Shown: positions 8,674-17,231 of the stretch, piece after piece
Position numbering within the stretch: position 1 is the first letter of the stretch
Layout: every line of letters starts with the position of its first letter
From: a virus
Taxonomy: Duplodnaviria; Caudoviricetes
Reading direction: 5' to 3' (one strand)
IMG/VR virus record: IMGVR_UViG_3300048852_000108
Location: 1-49,188 of that record
DNA: 49,188 nucleotides
Notes under the pieces: model-generated
Seen by the model: the letters and a program-made list of their open reading frames with translations, nothing else
Databases searched by the model: none
What the model was told of the DNA's origin: nothing
Translations under genes and position numbers: made by a program

Positions 8674-8840
8674 CACTCGCTGAAACCATAGCCGTCGTCC
8701 TGCTGTCCCTCCCGGCGTTCGCTGTCGCGCTTCTCACGCGCGCGGCCCGCCACGGCATCGAGAATGCGCGAGACGAGCATGCCGATTGGCTCGGCGCTTC
8801 GGGCGGCGGGTCCACTCATAATGGGAGCGCATCTAAATGA
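8670..8840 (+). CDS. Small single-TM protein
   Basis: AGGAG RBS; hydrophobic N-terminus. Confidence 0.55.
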   Translation: MTLAETIAVVLLSLPAFAVALLTRAARHGIENARDEHADWLGASGGGSTHNGSASK

Positions 8841-9295
8841 GCCAGTGGAGCGACGCAGCGGACGATGCCGGCATAGTCAGCCCCGATAGGGTCCGGTCCC
8901 GGGTTCAAAGCCTGCTTCGGGCCGCGCAGGCGCAAGGCTGGACCGACGACACTCTCGAAGCGGCGACCGGCGTGAAGTCACGCCGGATCAAGTCGTATCG
9001 CGTTGAGGGGAAGGAGCCGTCTTTGTCGGCTGCGCTCTCGATCGCGGTCGTCCTTGGGCCTCAGGCTCTCAACCCGCTGCTGGCGCTGATCGGATATGTG
9101 GCCCGGCCGCTCGATGAGGCCGACGAGATCACGCCGGCCCGCATTGTCGCCGACGGTCTAGTCCATTTCCAAGTGATCGCCGCAGCTGCTGCCGACGGCA
9201 GAATCGACCACACTGAGGCGCCCGCATGCCAGCGAGCCGCAGATCAGCTGATCGCAACGGTCCTGCCCCTTGCGAGCGCGGGGAAGCCGGAATGA
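8837..9295 (+). CDS. CII-like phage regulatory protein
   Basis: N-terminal HTH, AAADGRIDHTE C-terminal motif, position after cro. Confidence 0.65.
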   Translation: MSQWSDAADDAGIVSPDRVRSRVQSLLRAAQAQGWTDDTLEAATGVKSRRIKSYRVEGKEPSLSAALSIAVVLGPQALNPLLALIGYVARPLDEADEITPARIVADGLVHFQVIAAAAADGRIDHTEAPACQRAADQLIATVLPLASAGKPE

Positions 9296-9819
9296 GCCCC
9301 CGCGTCTGCCTCGACTGCCCCGCTCCGATCAGCCCGACCAGCAAGGGCCGCTGCCGCTCCTGCACGACCAAGCGTCTCAACGAAGCGGGTCGGAATCTCA
9401 GCAGCCGCCCTCCGGCGAACAAGATCGCGATCCCCCAGGGCTTCGCGCTCGTCGCGCCACACATCACCATGAAGGAGGCGCGGCTCCGGTACGGCAGGGC
9501 CGCAGAGACGATCCAGCGCTGGTGCTCAGAGGCTGGCGTCCAACTGATGCGCCCGAACCATCTCGTGGCCGGGTCCGCTTCTCGAAAGTTCAGCCCCACT
9601 GCACCTCGTGCCCATGTCGAGGCCGGAGAAGCTGGACAGGCGGCGGACTTCCTCCGTCGCTTCGGCCCGGTGTTTCGCTGCGATGCCGACGGACGCCAGC
9701 TGCAGGATGGGTTCTTCTGGAACCGCGGCGGCCGAACCGTGCTCACGGACGAGGAGCTGATCGAGCGGGCCAAGCGCAACGGCTGGCGGCCCGATGCGTG
9801 GAAGGAGCTCGCGGCGTGA
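9292..9819 (+). CDS. Zn-finger plus HTH-like protein
   Basis: CLDC...CRSC, then IPQGF...RYG...TIQRWCSEAG. Confidence 0.65.
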   Translation: MSPRVCLDCPAPISPTSKGRCRSCTTKRLNEAGRNLSSRPPANKIAIPQGFALVAPHITMKEARLRYGRAAETIQRWCSEAGVQLMRPNHLVAGSASRKFSPTAPRAHVEAGEAGQAADFLRRFGPVFRCDADGRQLQDGFFWNRGGRTVLTDEELIERAKRNGWRPDAWKELAA

Positions 9820-9947
9820 AGCTCTGGACTTTCCCGAAGCGCAAGCCGGGTCGCCGCCGCGTCTCGACCAAGTTGAGCCCGACCTACGAGGCTCGCCGGG
9901 TGCGCGAGCTTCGCGCCGCCCGCGAACTGTTCCTGGCGCGCAAGTGA
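9816..9947 (+). CDS. Small basic protein
   Basis: AAGGAG RBS, GTGA coupling. Confidence 0.5.
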   Translation: MKLWTFPKRKPGRRRVSTKLSPTYEARRVRELRAARELFLARK

Positions 9948-10153
9948 CCACCGGCTCGATCCAGTTGCGCCGATACCTGAGCGCGCGCCGCCAAGGCCGC
10001 ACGATGCTGACCGCCTGCGTCGAAAGCGGGATCGGCGTCGAAGAGGCGCGGCTCTGGGAAGCGGACATCGCCAGCGATCCCTCGATCCTCGATCGAGCCG
10101 ACCCCCTGCCCAATTCCGCGCCAGTTTCGGCGCCCAATCAGGAGAACGACGAC

Positions 10154-10606
10154 ATGGCACGTGGAAAGCGAAAGGCGCCCGACGGCGTCATCAACGGCGA
10201 GGTGCCGAAGCCGGACTTCGACCTCGCCGTCAGCCTCTATCGCAACGACATCAAGCCTGCGCAGGCCAAGGTCGGCGAATACGCGCAGGAGCAGTCGACC
10301 GCCTATAAGGCGATCAAGAAGCAGGCGCACGTCGAACCGAACGCCGCCCGCGCCGCCTTCCGTCTCGACCAGATGGAAGAGGCCAAGCGTGACGACTGGC
10401 TTCGCAGCTTCAACGGGCTGCTCAAGACGCTGAACATCTTCATGCCGGTCGATCTTGCCGACATCGCCGAGGGCAAGGGCGCCGCGGGTGAGAACGTCGT
10501 GCCGATGGGCCAGCGCGCCGCGCCGCAGCTCGCGACGATCCCGATGAGCGACGGCAAGGACGATGACCTCGCCGACGATGAGCCCGGGGCTGAGGCGGCG
10601 GAATGA
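10154..10606 (+). CDS. GapR-like (DUF2312-like) DNA-binding protein; may extend upstream to GTG 9944
   Basis: AGGAG RBS; helical pattern Y.AIKK..H.EP.AAR.AFRL.QM...KRD.W. Confidence 0.55.
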   Translation: MARGKRKAPDGVINGEVPKPDFDLAVSLYRNDIKPAQAKVGEYAQEQSTAYKAIKKQAHVEPNAARAAFRLDQMEEAKRDDWLRSFNGLLKTLNIFMPVDLADIAEGKGAAGENVVPMGQRAAPQLATIPMSDGKDDDLADDEPGAEAAE

Positions 10607-10746
10607 AGCTCAAGCGCATCATCGAGTGTGCGGACCGGCGCGCGTTCGACAAGCTCACGCAGGAGCAGGTCAACCATGCCGAGAAGATCACGGTCGGCGG
10701 AGTGGTGGTGAAAAACCGCTCCGCCACCGGGGCGGCGCGCCGGTGA
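10603..10746 (+). CDS. Small hypothetical protein (47 aa)
   Basis: ATGA and GTGA coupling; below the ORF-track length cutoff. Confidence 0.5.
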   Translation: MKLKRIIECADRRAFDKLTQEQVNHAEKITVGGVVVKNRSATGAARR

Positions 10747-11294
10747 GAATCGCCGGGCTCGATCTTTCCAAGACCTCGACCGGCTGGGCGTGCTGGGCGC
10801 CCGGCGACACCGTTCTTGCGTCTGGGACATGGGAGCTCGGATCGAGCTTCACCTCTCGCGGCCGCGTGTTCGCCAAGCTGCACGAGAACATGATGGCGCT
10901 CGAATCCCTCGGGCACGTCGACGCCTGGTTCTACGAGGAGCCGATCCATCCGGCCCAACTGCAGGGCCAGACCAACGCGGACACGATCAAGCTCGCGGCC
11001 GGGCTCGCCGCGCACGTCGAGAGCGCCGCGGAGGCGTTCGGCGCACGGATTATCCGCGCCGTGAATATGTCGACGTGGCGCCGCGAGTTCCTCGGCAAGC
11101 TGCCGCGTTCGATGCGCACGGCCGACCTCAAGGACATGGCGATGTCGCGCTGCCGGCAGCTCGGGTTCAAGCCGCTCAAGCACGACCAGGCCGAGGCGAT
11201 CGGCATTGTCGATTACGGATGCGCCAGCCTCGACGTCGTGCCGTTCTGGCGTGCGCAGGAGGTATTGATGCCGATGATGGGCGCGCGGGTATGA
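10743..11294 (+). CDS. RuvC-like Holliday junction resolvase
   Basis: IAGLDLS..STGW, YEEP, VN.STWR and HDQAEAIGI acidic motifs. Confidence 0.8.
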   Translation: MRIAGLDLSKTSTGWACWAPGDTVLASGTWELGSSFTSRGRVFAKLHENMMALESLGHVDAWFYEEPIHPAQLQGQTNADTIKLAAGLAAHVESAAEAFGARIIRAVNMSTWRREFLGKLPRSMRTADLKDMAMSRCRQLGFKPLKHDQAEAIGIVDYGCASLDVVPFWRAQEVLMPMMGARV

Positions 11295-11476
11295 CCGCCG
11301 CCGTCGCCATCCTCCCCACCGACGCCGCGATCGAAGCGGCATGGGAACGCTACACCGAGATCGCGCGCCGCGTCGTCGACAAGCCCGAGCTGATGCTCGA
11401 CCGCGAGCACTGCAACGAGTTCGCCATCGCCTGGGCAGCGTACCGCGACCTATTCTTGGCACGGAGGCCGAAGTGA
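11291..11476 (+). CDS. Hypothetical protein
   Basis: Coupled ORF preceding dnaB. Confidence 0.55.
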   Translation: MTAAVAILPTDAAIEAAWERYTEIARRVVDKPELMLDREHCNEFAIAWAAYRDLFLARRPK

Positions 11477-12927
11477 ACGCCGTGGCTCAGAACATCGCGC
11501 AGCCCGCATTCCCGGCCCGCTTGGCCAATATCGAGACCGAGGCGGCGCTAATCGGCACGCTGCTGCTCGACAACCGCCGCGTCGACCTGATTGCGGACAC
11601 GCTGATGCCCGAGGACTTCGCCGAGCCGCTGCACGGCCGCATCTATGCGCGGATCGTGCAACTGGTGTCGCTCGGCAAGCAGGCCAACGCCTTCACGATG
11701 CGCACCGATTTCGAGGGTGATCCCGCGATAGAGGCGCTGGGCGGCAGCAATTATCTGGCCCAGATCACCGCGGCGCAAGGCATTCTCATCCTGAACCCGC
11801 GCGACACCGCGGCCATCCTGATCGACCTGGCGAAGCGCCGGCGGCTCCATTCCGAGCTGATCCGCCTCACCGCCGAGATCGAGGAGACGATCGACGAGCC
11901 GGTCGAGTCCATGGTGGACATGGTCGACGGGGCGATGGTGCAGGCGCTGCAGCGGCAGGAAACCGCGCTCAGCATGACGGGCGCCCGCGCCTTCGATGTC
12001 ACCATGAAGGAGATCGAGGACGAGGCGAACGGCACGACACCCGCCGGCCTGACCGTCGACGGCTTCGACGACTGGAACAAGGTCACCGGCACGATGCGCC
12101 GCGGTGAGGTGATAATCCTCGCCGGACGCCCTTCCATGGGAAAGACCGCCGTTGCCCTATCCACCTCCCTCGCCTGCGCGCGGGCGGGCCTGGGCACGCT
12201 CTTCGTCAGCCTCGAGATGTCGATCCGCGAGCTGATGAAGCGCGCGATATCGGACCTGATCTTCGACTACGGGCACAGCGCCAGCTTCGACAAGGTGAAG
12301 GCGGGCCAGTTCACGCACTTCGACCGGCAGCGCCTGGAGAAGGCACGCGCGGACCTCGCCACCTGGCCCCTCACGCTCCGGCAGGAGGCCGGGTTGAAGC
12401 TCGGGCGGCTCGCCATGCTGATCCGTCGTACCAAGCGGCAGATGGCCGCAAAGGGCCAGCAGCTCGACATCGTGTTCGTCGACTACCTCGGGCTGGTGAA
12501 GACCGACGCCAAGGCGCACAAGCGCTACGAGGAAGTCTCTGAGGTCAGCCGCACGATCAAGCAGATCGCCCGCGAGCTCGATGTTGCGATCGTAGTGCTG
12601 GCCCAGCTGAACCGTGACGTCGAGAAGCGCGAGGACAAGCGGCCCCAGCTTTCAGACCTGCGCGACAGCGGCGACATCGAGCAGGACGCCGACTGCGTTA
12701 TCTTCGTCTACCGCGAGCAATATTACCTCGAGCGCTCCGAGCCCAAGGAGGGCGATAAGAAGCACGTCGACTGGCAGGTCTCCATGGACGCCGCTCGCGA
12801 CAAGGTCGAGCTCATCGCGGCCAAGGTGCGCAACGGACGCATCGGCAGGCGGCAATGCCACTTCTTCGGCGAGCACCAGGCGGTGCGCGGATCCGATTAC
12901 TTCAGCAGCAGGCGCCATCATGACTGA
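11473..12927 (+). CDS. dnaB: DnaB-like replicative helicase
   Basis: AGRPSMGKT Walker A, SLEM, VDYLGL, LAQLNR and SDLRDSGDIEQDAD motifs. Confidence 0.95.
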   Translation: MNAVAQNIAQPAFPARLANIETEAALIGTLLLDNRRVDLIADTLMPEDFAEPLHGRIYARIVQLVSLGKQANAFTMRTDFEGDPAIEALGGSNYLAQITAAQGILILNPRDTAAILIDLAKRRRLHSELIRLTAEIEETIDEPVESMVDMVDGAMVQALQRQETALSMTGARAFDVTMKEIEDEANGTTPAGLTVDGFDDWNKVTGTMRRGEVIILAGRPSMGKTAVALSTSLACARAGLGTLFVSLEMSIRELMKRAISDLIFDYGHSASFDKVKAGQFTHFDRQRLEKARADLATWPLTLRQEAGLKLGRLAMLIRRTKRQMAAKGQQLDIVFVDYLGLVKTDAKAHKRYEEVSEVSRTIKQIARELDVAIVVLAQLNRDVEKREDKRPQLSDLRDSGDIEQDADCVIFVYREQYYLERSEPKEGDKKHVDWQVSMDAARDKVELIAAKVRNGRIGRRQCHFFGEHQAVRGSDYFSSRRHHD

Positions 12928-13816
12928 GCTTCCCGAACCCCTGACGCCTGCCGACTGCGATCTGCAGGACTTCACATTTATGCCGGTGGATATCATCCGC
13001 CTGTTCGGGTCGCGCTTCCATGCGATCGCGAGCGACGGCGAATGGCGCGCCGGACTCACCCTCTGGCTCAAATCCTTCCATCAGGTGCCGGCAGCGTCGA
13101 TTCCCGACGACGACATCGAGCTTGCGCGGCTCGCCGAGCTCGGCCGCGATGTGAAGACTTGGCGCAAGCTGCGCGAGGTCGCGCTGTACGGTTGGGTGAA
13201 GTGCGCGGACGGTCGTCTCTACCACCCGACGGTTGCCGAGAAGGCGCTTGAGGCGTGGAAGCGGAAGGAATTCTATCGGGAGCGCAGCAAGAAGGCGAAC
13301 GCCGCTCGATGGAGCAGCGACCATGGCGACACTCAACGAGAAGAAGGCACGGGCGCGGGAAAGGGAAAGCCTCGCGATCCTGAGCGCGTCGATCAAGGAC
13401 AGCTTGTCGGCTCCGAAAAGGACGCGGTGAAGCAATCCAACGGGCATCCTTCAAGGAATGCTTCAAGCAATCCTCCAGCCTCCCAAGGGACAGTAACAGG
13501 GACAAAGCCCCCCAACCCCCCAAGCGATCACCACTCGATGTGCGAGCGCATCGCAGACGAGGCCGGCATGCTCGGAATTCCGCCCGATCACCGCCTGCTG
13601 CGGGATTGGCTAGCCCTGCCCAACATGGAGTTCGAGCGGGATATCCTCCCCGTCGTTCGACGCGTCACCGTCGAGGTGAAGGCTCGGGATGGTCGTGCCC
13701 CGTTCAAGTTCAAGCTCTTCGACGCCGCGATCCGCGAGCAGCATGCCGCCGACGAACGGGAGATCGCAAGACTGCGCGAAATCCAGGTCCGCTATGCCGC
13801 GGAAGCGACCCATTGA
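12920..13816 (+). CDS. DUF1376-family replication initiator
   Basis: PLTPADCDL.DF.FMP.D..RL and AL.GWVKC.DGRLYHP.VAEKA motifs, followed by a low-complexity linker. Confidence 0.8.
   Translation: MTELPEPLTPADCDLQDFTFMPVDIIRLFGSRFHAIASDGEWRAGLTLWLKSFHQVPAASIPDDDIELARLAELGRDVKTWRKLREVALYGWVKCADGRLYHPTVAEKALEAWKRKEFYRERSKKANAARWSSDHGDTQREEGTGAGKGKPRDPERVDQGQLVGSEKDAVKQSNGHPSRNASSNPPASQGTVTGTKPPNPPSDHHSMCERIADEAGMLGIPPDHRLLRDWLALPNMEFERDILPVVRRVTVEVKARDGRAPFKFKLFDAAIREQHAADEREIARLREIQVRYAAEATH
13432..13505. repeat. Putative replication-origin iterons
   Basis: GCAATCCAACGG / GCATCCTTCAA / GGAATGCTTCAA / GCAATCCTCCA at about 12-bp period, then AGGGACA twice, inside the initiator linker. Confidence 0.5.
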
Positions 13817-13820
13817 GCCC

Positions 13821-14333
13821 ATGGCCGACGTGCTCGCCCCTTCCTCCCGCAAGTGGGACACCGGCCTGGAGAAGCCGTACCGGGAGCTGCCCAGCGACTT
13901 CCGCGAGGTCTTCCTGCGTCTCGGGCAGGACCGGGCGATCGAGGAGCATTACCGGACCAACTGGCGCGTGATCCGCCGCTGGATCGAGGAGGCCGGTGGT
14001 GACGAGCTCCGGGCCGAGCGTGCCGCGATCACCGGATCGTCGCTGAAACCGCAGCGCCGTAGCCCGATCGCGCGGCGGTACGTGATGGGCCTGAGGTTGC
14101 GCCGGCATGTCGCCTGGCCTTGCCGGGCACCGCGGTTCTGGGATGTCGGATTGGTGCCGCAGATCGAGGCGAAGGCGCCGGAGCGACCACAGGTGCGCCG
14201 CCTCAGCGGTCTCGCCGCGCTGCGGATCATCGAAGCCGCGGCCGCCGATCCCAGGATCGCGCCGGAACTGCGCGCCGGGATGGCGAAGGCTGCGGAGTTG
14301 GTTCGGGCGGAAATGATGGAGGAGGTGAAGTGA
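13821..14333 (+). CDS. HTH-like protein; candidate late-gene regulator
   Basis: LPSDF...EHY...VIRRWIEEAG motif; occupies the position between replication and packaging genes. Confidence 0.6.
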   Translation: MADVLAPSSRKWDTGLEKPYRELPSDFREVFLRLGQDRAIEEHYRTNWRVIRRWIEEAGGDELRAERAAITGSSLKPQRRSPIARRYVMGLRLRRHVAWPCRAPRFWDVGLVPQIEAKAPERPQVRRLSGLAALRIIEAAAADPRIAPELRAGMAKAAELVRAEMMEEVK

Positions 14334-14569
14334 CGATGTTCGCCGATGTGGCCGCAGCGGCTGAGCGGTATTTTCCCGATGGCTCATGCCCCCCGGAGGT
14401 CGAGGCCGCGGCGAAGGTGAGCTTCGAGCTCGATCCCGGCCGCCCGGCGGTCGCGTGGGAGGAGCTTGCGGAAGAGGATCGATCCTTCCATCGCCGTGTT
14501 GCGGTATGCATCACCGCGACGTGGTACGGTCAGCTATTGGTCGCGCGCGCCGGGAAGGTTTCGAACTGA
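14330..14569 (+). CDS. Hypothetical protein
   Basis: GGAGG RBS, coupled at both ends. Confidence 0.55.
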   Translation: MTMFADVAAAAERYFPDGSCPPEVEAAAKVSFELDPGRPAVAWEELAEEDRSFHRRVAVCITATWYGQLLVARAGKVSN

Positions 14570-15018
14570 TGACCGGCCCGTTGAAGAACGCGCGGCACGA
14601 GCGGTTTGCTCAGGAGTTGGCGAAGGGCTCGACGGCAGATGCGGCTTATGTCGCCGCGGGCTATCGCCCCGATCGAAAGAATGCTGCCCGGCTGACGACA
14701 AATGACGCCGTTCGGGCTCGGATCACCGAGCTTAAATCCCGCGCCGCCGCCCGCACGGAGATCACCGTCGCAAGTGTCACCCGCCGCCTGCTGCGCATCG
14801 CCGCAAAGGGCGAGCGGTTGCGTGAGGCCTCTGGATTACAGGTCGCCCGCGCCGCGGTGATGGACGCGGCCAAACTCAACGGGTTAGCGCCGGAGCGGCA
14901 CGAGCACACCGGCAAAAACGGTGGCCCGATCGAATATCGCGACCTCGGCGAAGATGAGATCGACGCCCGCCTCAACGCTCTCAAGGATCAGCATGGACAC
15001 CACCGGCTGGCCCATTGA
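14569..15018 (+). CDS. terS: Terminase small subunit
   Basis: LKNARHERFAQELAKG..A..AY..AGY...NAARL and EHTGKNGGPI motifs. Confidence 0.88.
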   Translation: MTGPLKNARHERFAQELAKGSTADAAYVAAGYRPDRKNAARLTTNDAVRARITELKSRAAARTEITVASVTRRLLRIAAKGERLREASGLQVARAAVMDAAKLNGLAPERHEHTGKNGGPIEYRDLGEDEIDARLNALKDQHGHHRLAH

Positions 15019-16516
15019 AGCGAAGCGAGAGGCGTTGGCGCTGCTTGAGGCCAAGGCTCGTCTGGCCGAAGCCCGCCAGCGCGAAGCCGAGCGCCGCCGC
15101 CTCGCCGAAAACCTCGAACTCACACGCCAGCGCTGCCGTAGCCTGACCGGCTTCGTCCGCGAGGCATGGTCGGTGCTTGAGCCCGCGAATCCCTATGTCC
15201 ACGGCTGGCACGTCGAGGCGATCTGCGAGCACCTGGAGGCGATCACCGCCGGGCAAATCAACCGGTTGCTGATCAACGTTCCGCCAGGCACGATGAAATC
15301 GCTCCTGTCGGGCGTGTTCTGGCCCGCCTGGGAGTGGGGACCGATGGGCCGACCGTCGACGCGCATAATCGGCTCCAGCTATTCGGAGGACTACGCCAAG
15401 CGCGACAACCGCCGCATGCGCGATCTCGTCACCTCTGACTGGTTCCAGTCGCTTTGGCCGACCGAGCTGGTCCGCGCCGGCGAAATGGCGTTCAGCAACA
15501 CCGCAACAGGGTTCCGCCAGGGCATCCCGTTCTCACGCCTCACCGGTGGCCGCGGCGACCGCGTCATCATCGACGACCCGCATAGCGTCGACGGCGCCGA
15601 GTCCGAGGCGGAGCGTAGCGCGACTGTTCGCACCTTCCGGGAATCGGTGCCAACTCGCCTCAACGACCCGGCCCGCTCGGCGATCGTCGTGATCATGCAG
15701 CGGCTGCACGAGCAGGACGTCTCGGGCACGATCCTTTCGCTCAAGCTCGGCTACGAGCACTTGATGCTGCCGATGGAATTCGAGCCGGAGCGCCGCTGCG
15801 TCACCTCAATCGGGTTCGAGGATCCGCGTACCTATGACGGCGAGCTGCTGTTCCCGGAGCGCTTCCCTCGCGAGGTGGTCGAGCGGGACAAGGTGCCCAT
15901 GGGCGCCTATGCCGTCGCGGGGCAGTTCCAGCAGCGCCCGGCGCCGCGATCGGGCGGCATGTTCCAGCGAAGCGACTTCGAGATCGTCGACGCCATCCCC
16001 GCGGGCCGCACGCGCCGCGTCCGTGCCTGGGACTTCGCTGCGACCGAGGTGAAGCCGGGTCGCCGACCCGATTGGACCGTCGGGCTGCGCATGGTGCTGG
16101 TCGGGGACGTCTTCTATGTCGAAGATGTTGTCCGGGGGCAGTGGAAGCCGTCCGAGGTCGAGACGCGGCTGGTCAACACTGCGAGCCAGGACGGGTCTGC
16201 CGTGCCGGTGCGCATCCCGGAAGACCCCGGCGCCGCGGGCAAGTCGGACGCCGCGACCAAGATCAAGCTGCTCAAGGGCTATTCGGTGAAGGCGGTACGG
16301 CCGACCGGCGAAAAGTCGGTCCGCGCGCGTCCGGCGTCGGCTCAGGCGGAGGCGGGCAATATCAAGCTGCTGCGCGGCGCATGGAACGACGCCTTCCTCG
16401 ACGAGGTCTGCACCTTCCCGGCGGGCACGAACGACGACCAGGTCGACGCGTTCGCCGATGCGCTCAACGAGCTCGCGCTGGGCGGGTCGGGGTACAACAT
16501 CGACGGGCTGATCTAA
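14993..16516 (+). CDS. terL: Terminase large subunit
   Basis: INVPPGTMKS, TGGRGD.VIIDDP, IMQRLH and HDD-like NDDQVDA nuclease motifs. Confidence 0.95.
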   Translation: MDTTGWPIEAKREALALLEAKARLAEARQREAERRRLAENLELTRQRCRSLTGFVREAWSVLEPANPYVHGWHVEAICEHLEAITAGQINRLLINVPPGTMKSLLSGVFWPAWEWGPMGRPSTRIIGSSYSEDYAKRDNRRMRDLVTSDWFQSLWPTELVRAGEMAFSNTATGFRQGIPFSRLTGGRGDRVIIDDPHSVDGAESEAERSATVRTFRESVPTRLNDPARSAIVVIMQRLHEQDVSGTILSLKLGYEHLMLPMEFEPERRCVTSIGFEDPRTYDGELLFPERFPREVVERDKVPMGAYAVAGQFQQRPAPRSGGMFQRSDFEIVDAIPAGRTRRVRAWDFAATEVKPGRRPDWTVGLRMVLVGDVFYVEDVVRGQWKPSEVETRLVNTASQDGSAVPVRIPEDPGAAGKSDAATKIKLLKGYSVKAVRPTGEKSVRARPASAQAEAGNIKLLRGAWNDAFLDEVCTFPAGTNDDQVDAFADALNELALGGSGYNIDGLI

Positions 16517-16783
16517 TCCGCCGCCTCAGCCGCACTCAGCTTCGAAGGCAGCGGCGACCGGATCGTACTTCGGCTCGGTCGGTCGCATGGGGATCGGCCG
16601 CGGCCTCCGAGCGACCGGTTTGCGCTGAAACTGTCACATCCAGTTGAGTGACACCGAGAGCCTTCGATAAGGGTGGGCCGTGATCGTTCAGGTAGTTTCT
16701 CCGCGCCATTCCGGTTGTTCGCGTATTTCGCTGGAAAGATGTGATTAACTACCAGCGGACGCGGTTCTGCCTTGGGCGCGCTA

Positions 16784-17170
16784 TTAGCGCGAAATCGCCC
16801 AATTGAACTGTAGCGACCTCCTCGGACCCCGGATTGCTTTGCCCGCCGCATCTAGTGCGGGTGCATATCGCCCCCGACTAGTGATCAGGCTACACGTCAC
16901 GGCGTCCAAAGAAGGCGACCCGGAGGAGCTTGTTACCTGGCAGTTTTCGATGCGGCCTTGCTCATCTACATCGTAGGCAACGCGGACCGAACCTTGTTGG
17001 CCGGCCGCGAGTGCATCGGCAGGGTAGTCGTCAACGGTGACCCATGTGCCGGGATTGCTCAACGCTCTGGCCGGAGTAGCAACTGAGGCGCTGCTAACTT
17101 CGGGCTCGATCGCGGTGGGCTTCGCCTGTAGGTCCTGCGCTGCCCACACCAATAGCATCGCCTCTATCAT
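16784..17170 (-). CDS. TonB C-terminal domain protein (moron)
   Basis: DDYP.DAL..GQQG.V.V.YDVD..GR..NC.V..SSG..SLD..TC motif; GGGGAG RBS. Confidence 0.85.
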   Translation of the reverse strand: MIEAMLLVWAAQDLQAKPTAIEPEVSSASVATPARALSNPGTWVTVDDYPADALAAGQQGSVRVAYDVDEQGRIENCQVTSSSGSPSLDAVTCSLITSRGRYAPALDAAGKAIRGPRRSLQFNWAISR

Positions 17171-17186
17171 TAGATCTCCCCTCTTC

Positions 17187-17226
17187 CTGACGGCGGTAAC
17201 CCCGCCCCTCCCTGCGCCATAGCCAT
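17187..17226 (+). promoter_or_regulatory. Late promoter motif copy 1 (portal)
   Basis: CTGACGGCGGTAAC; TAGCCA at +33; ATG at +45. Confidence 0.75.
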
Positions 17227-17231
17227 GCCCC

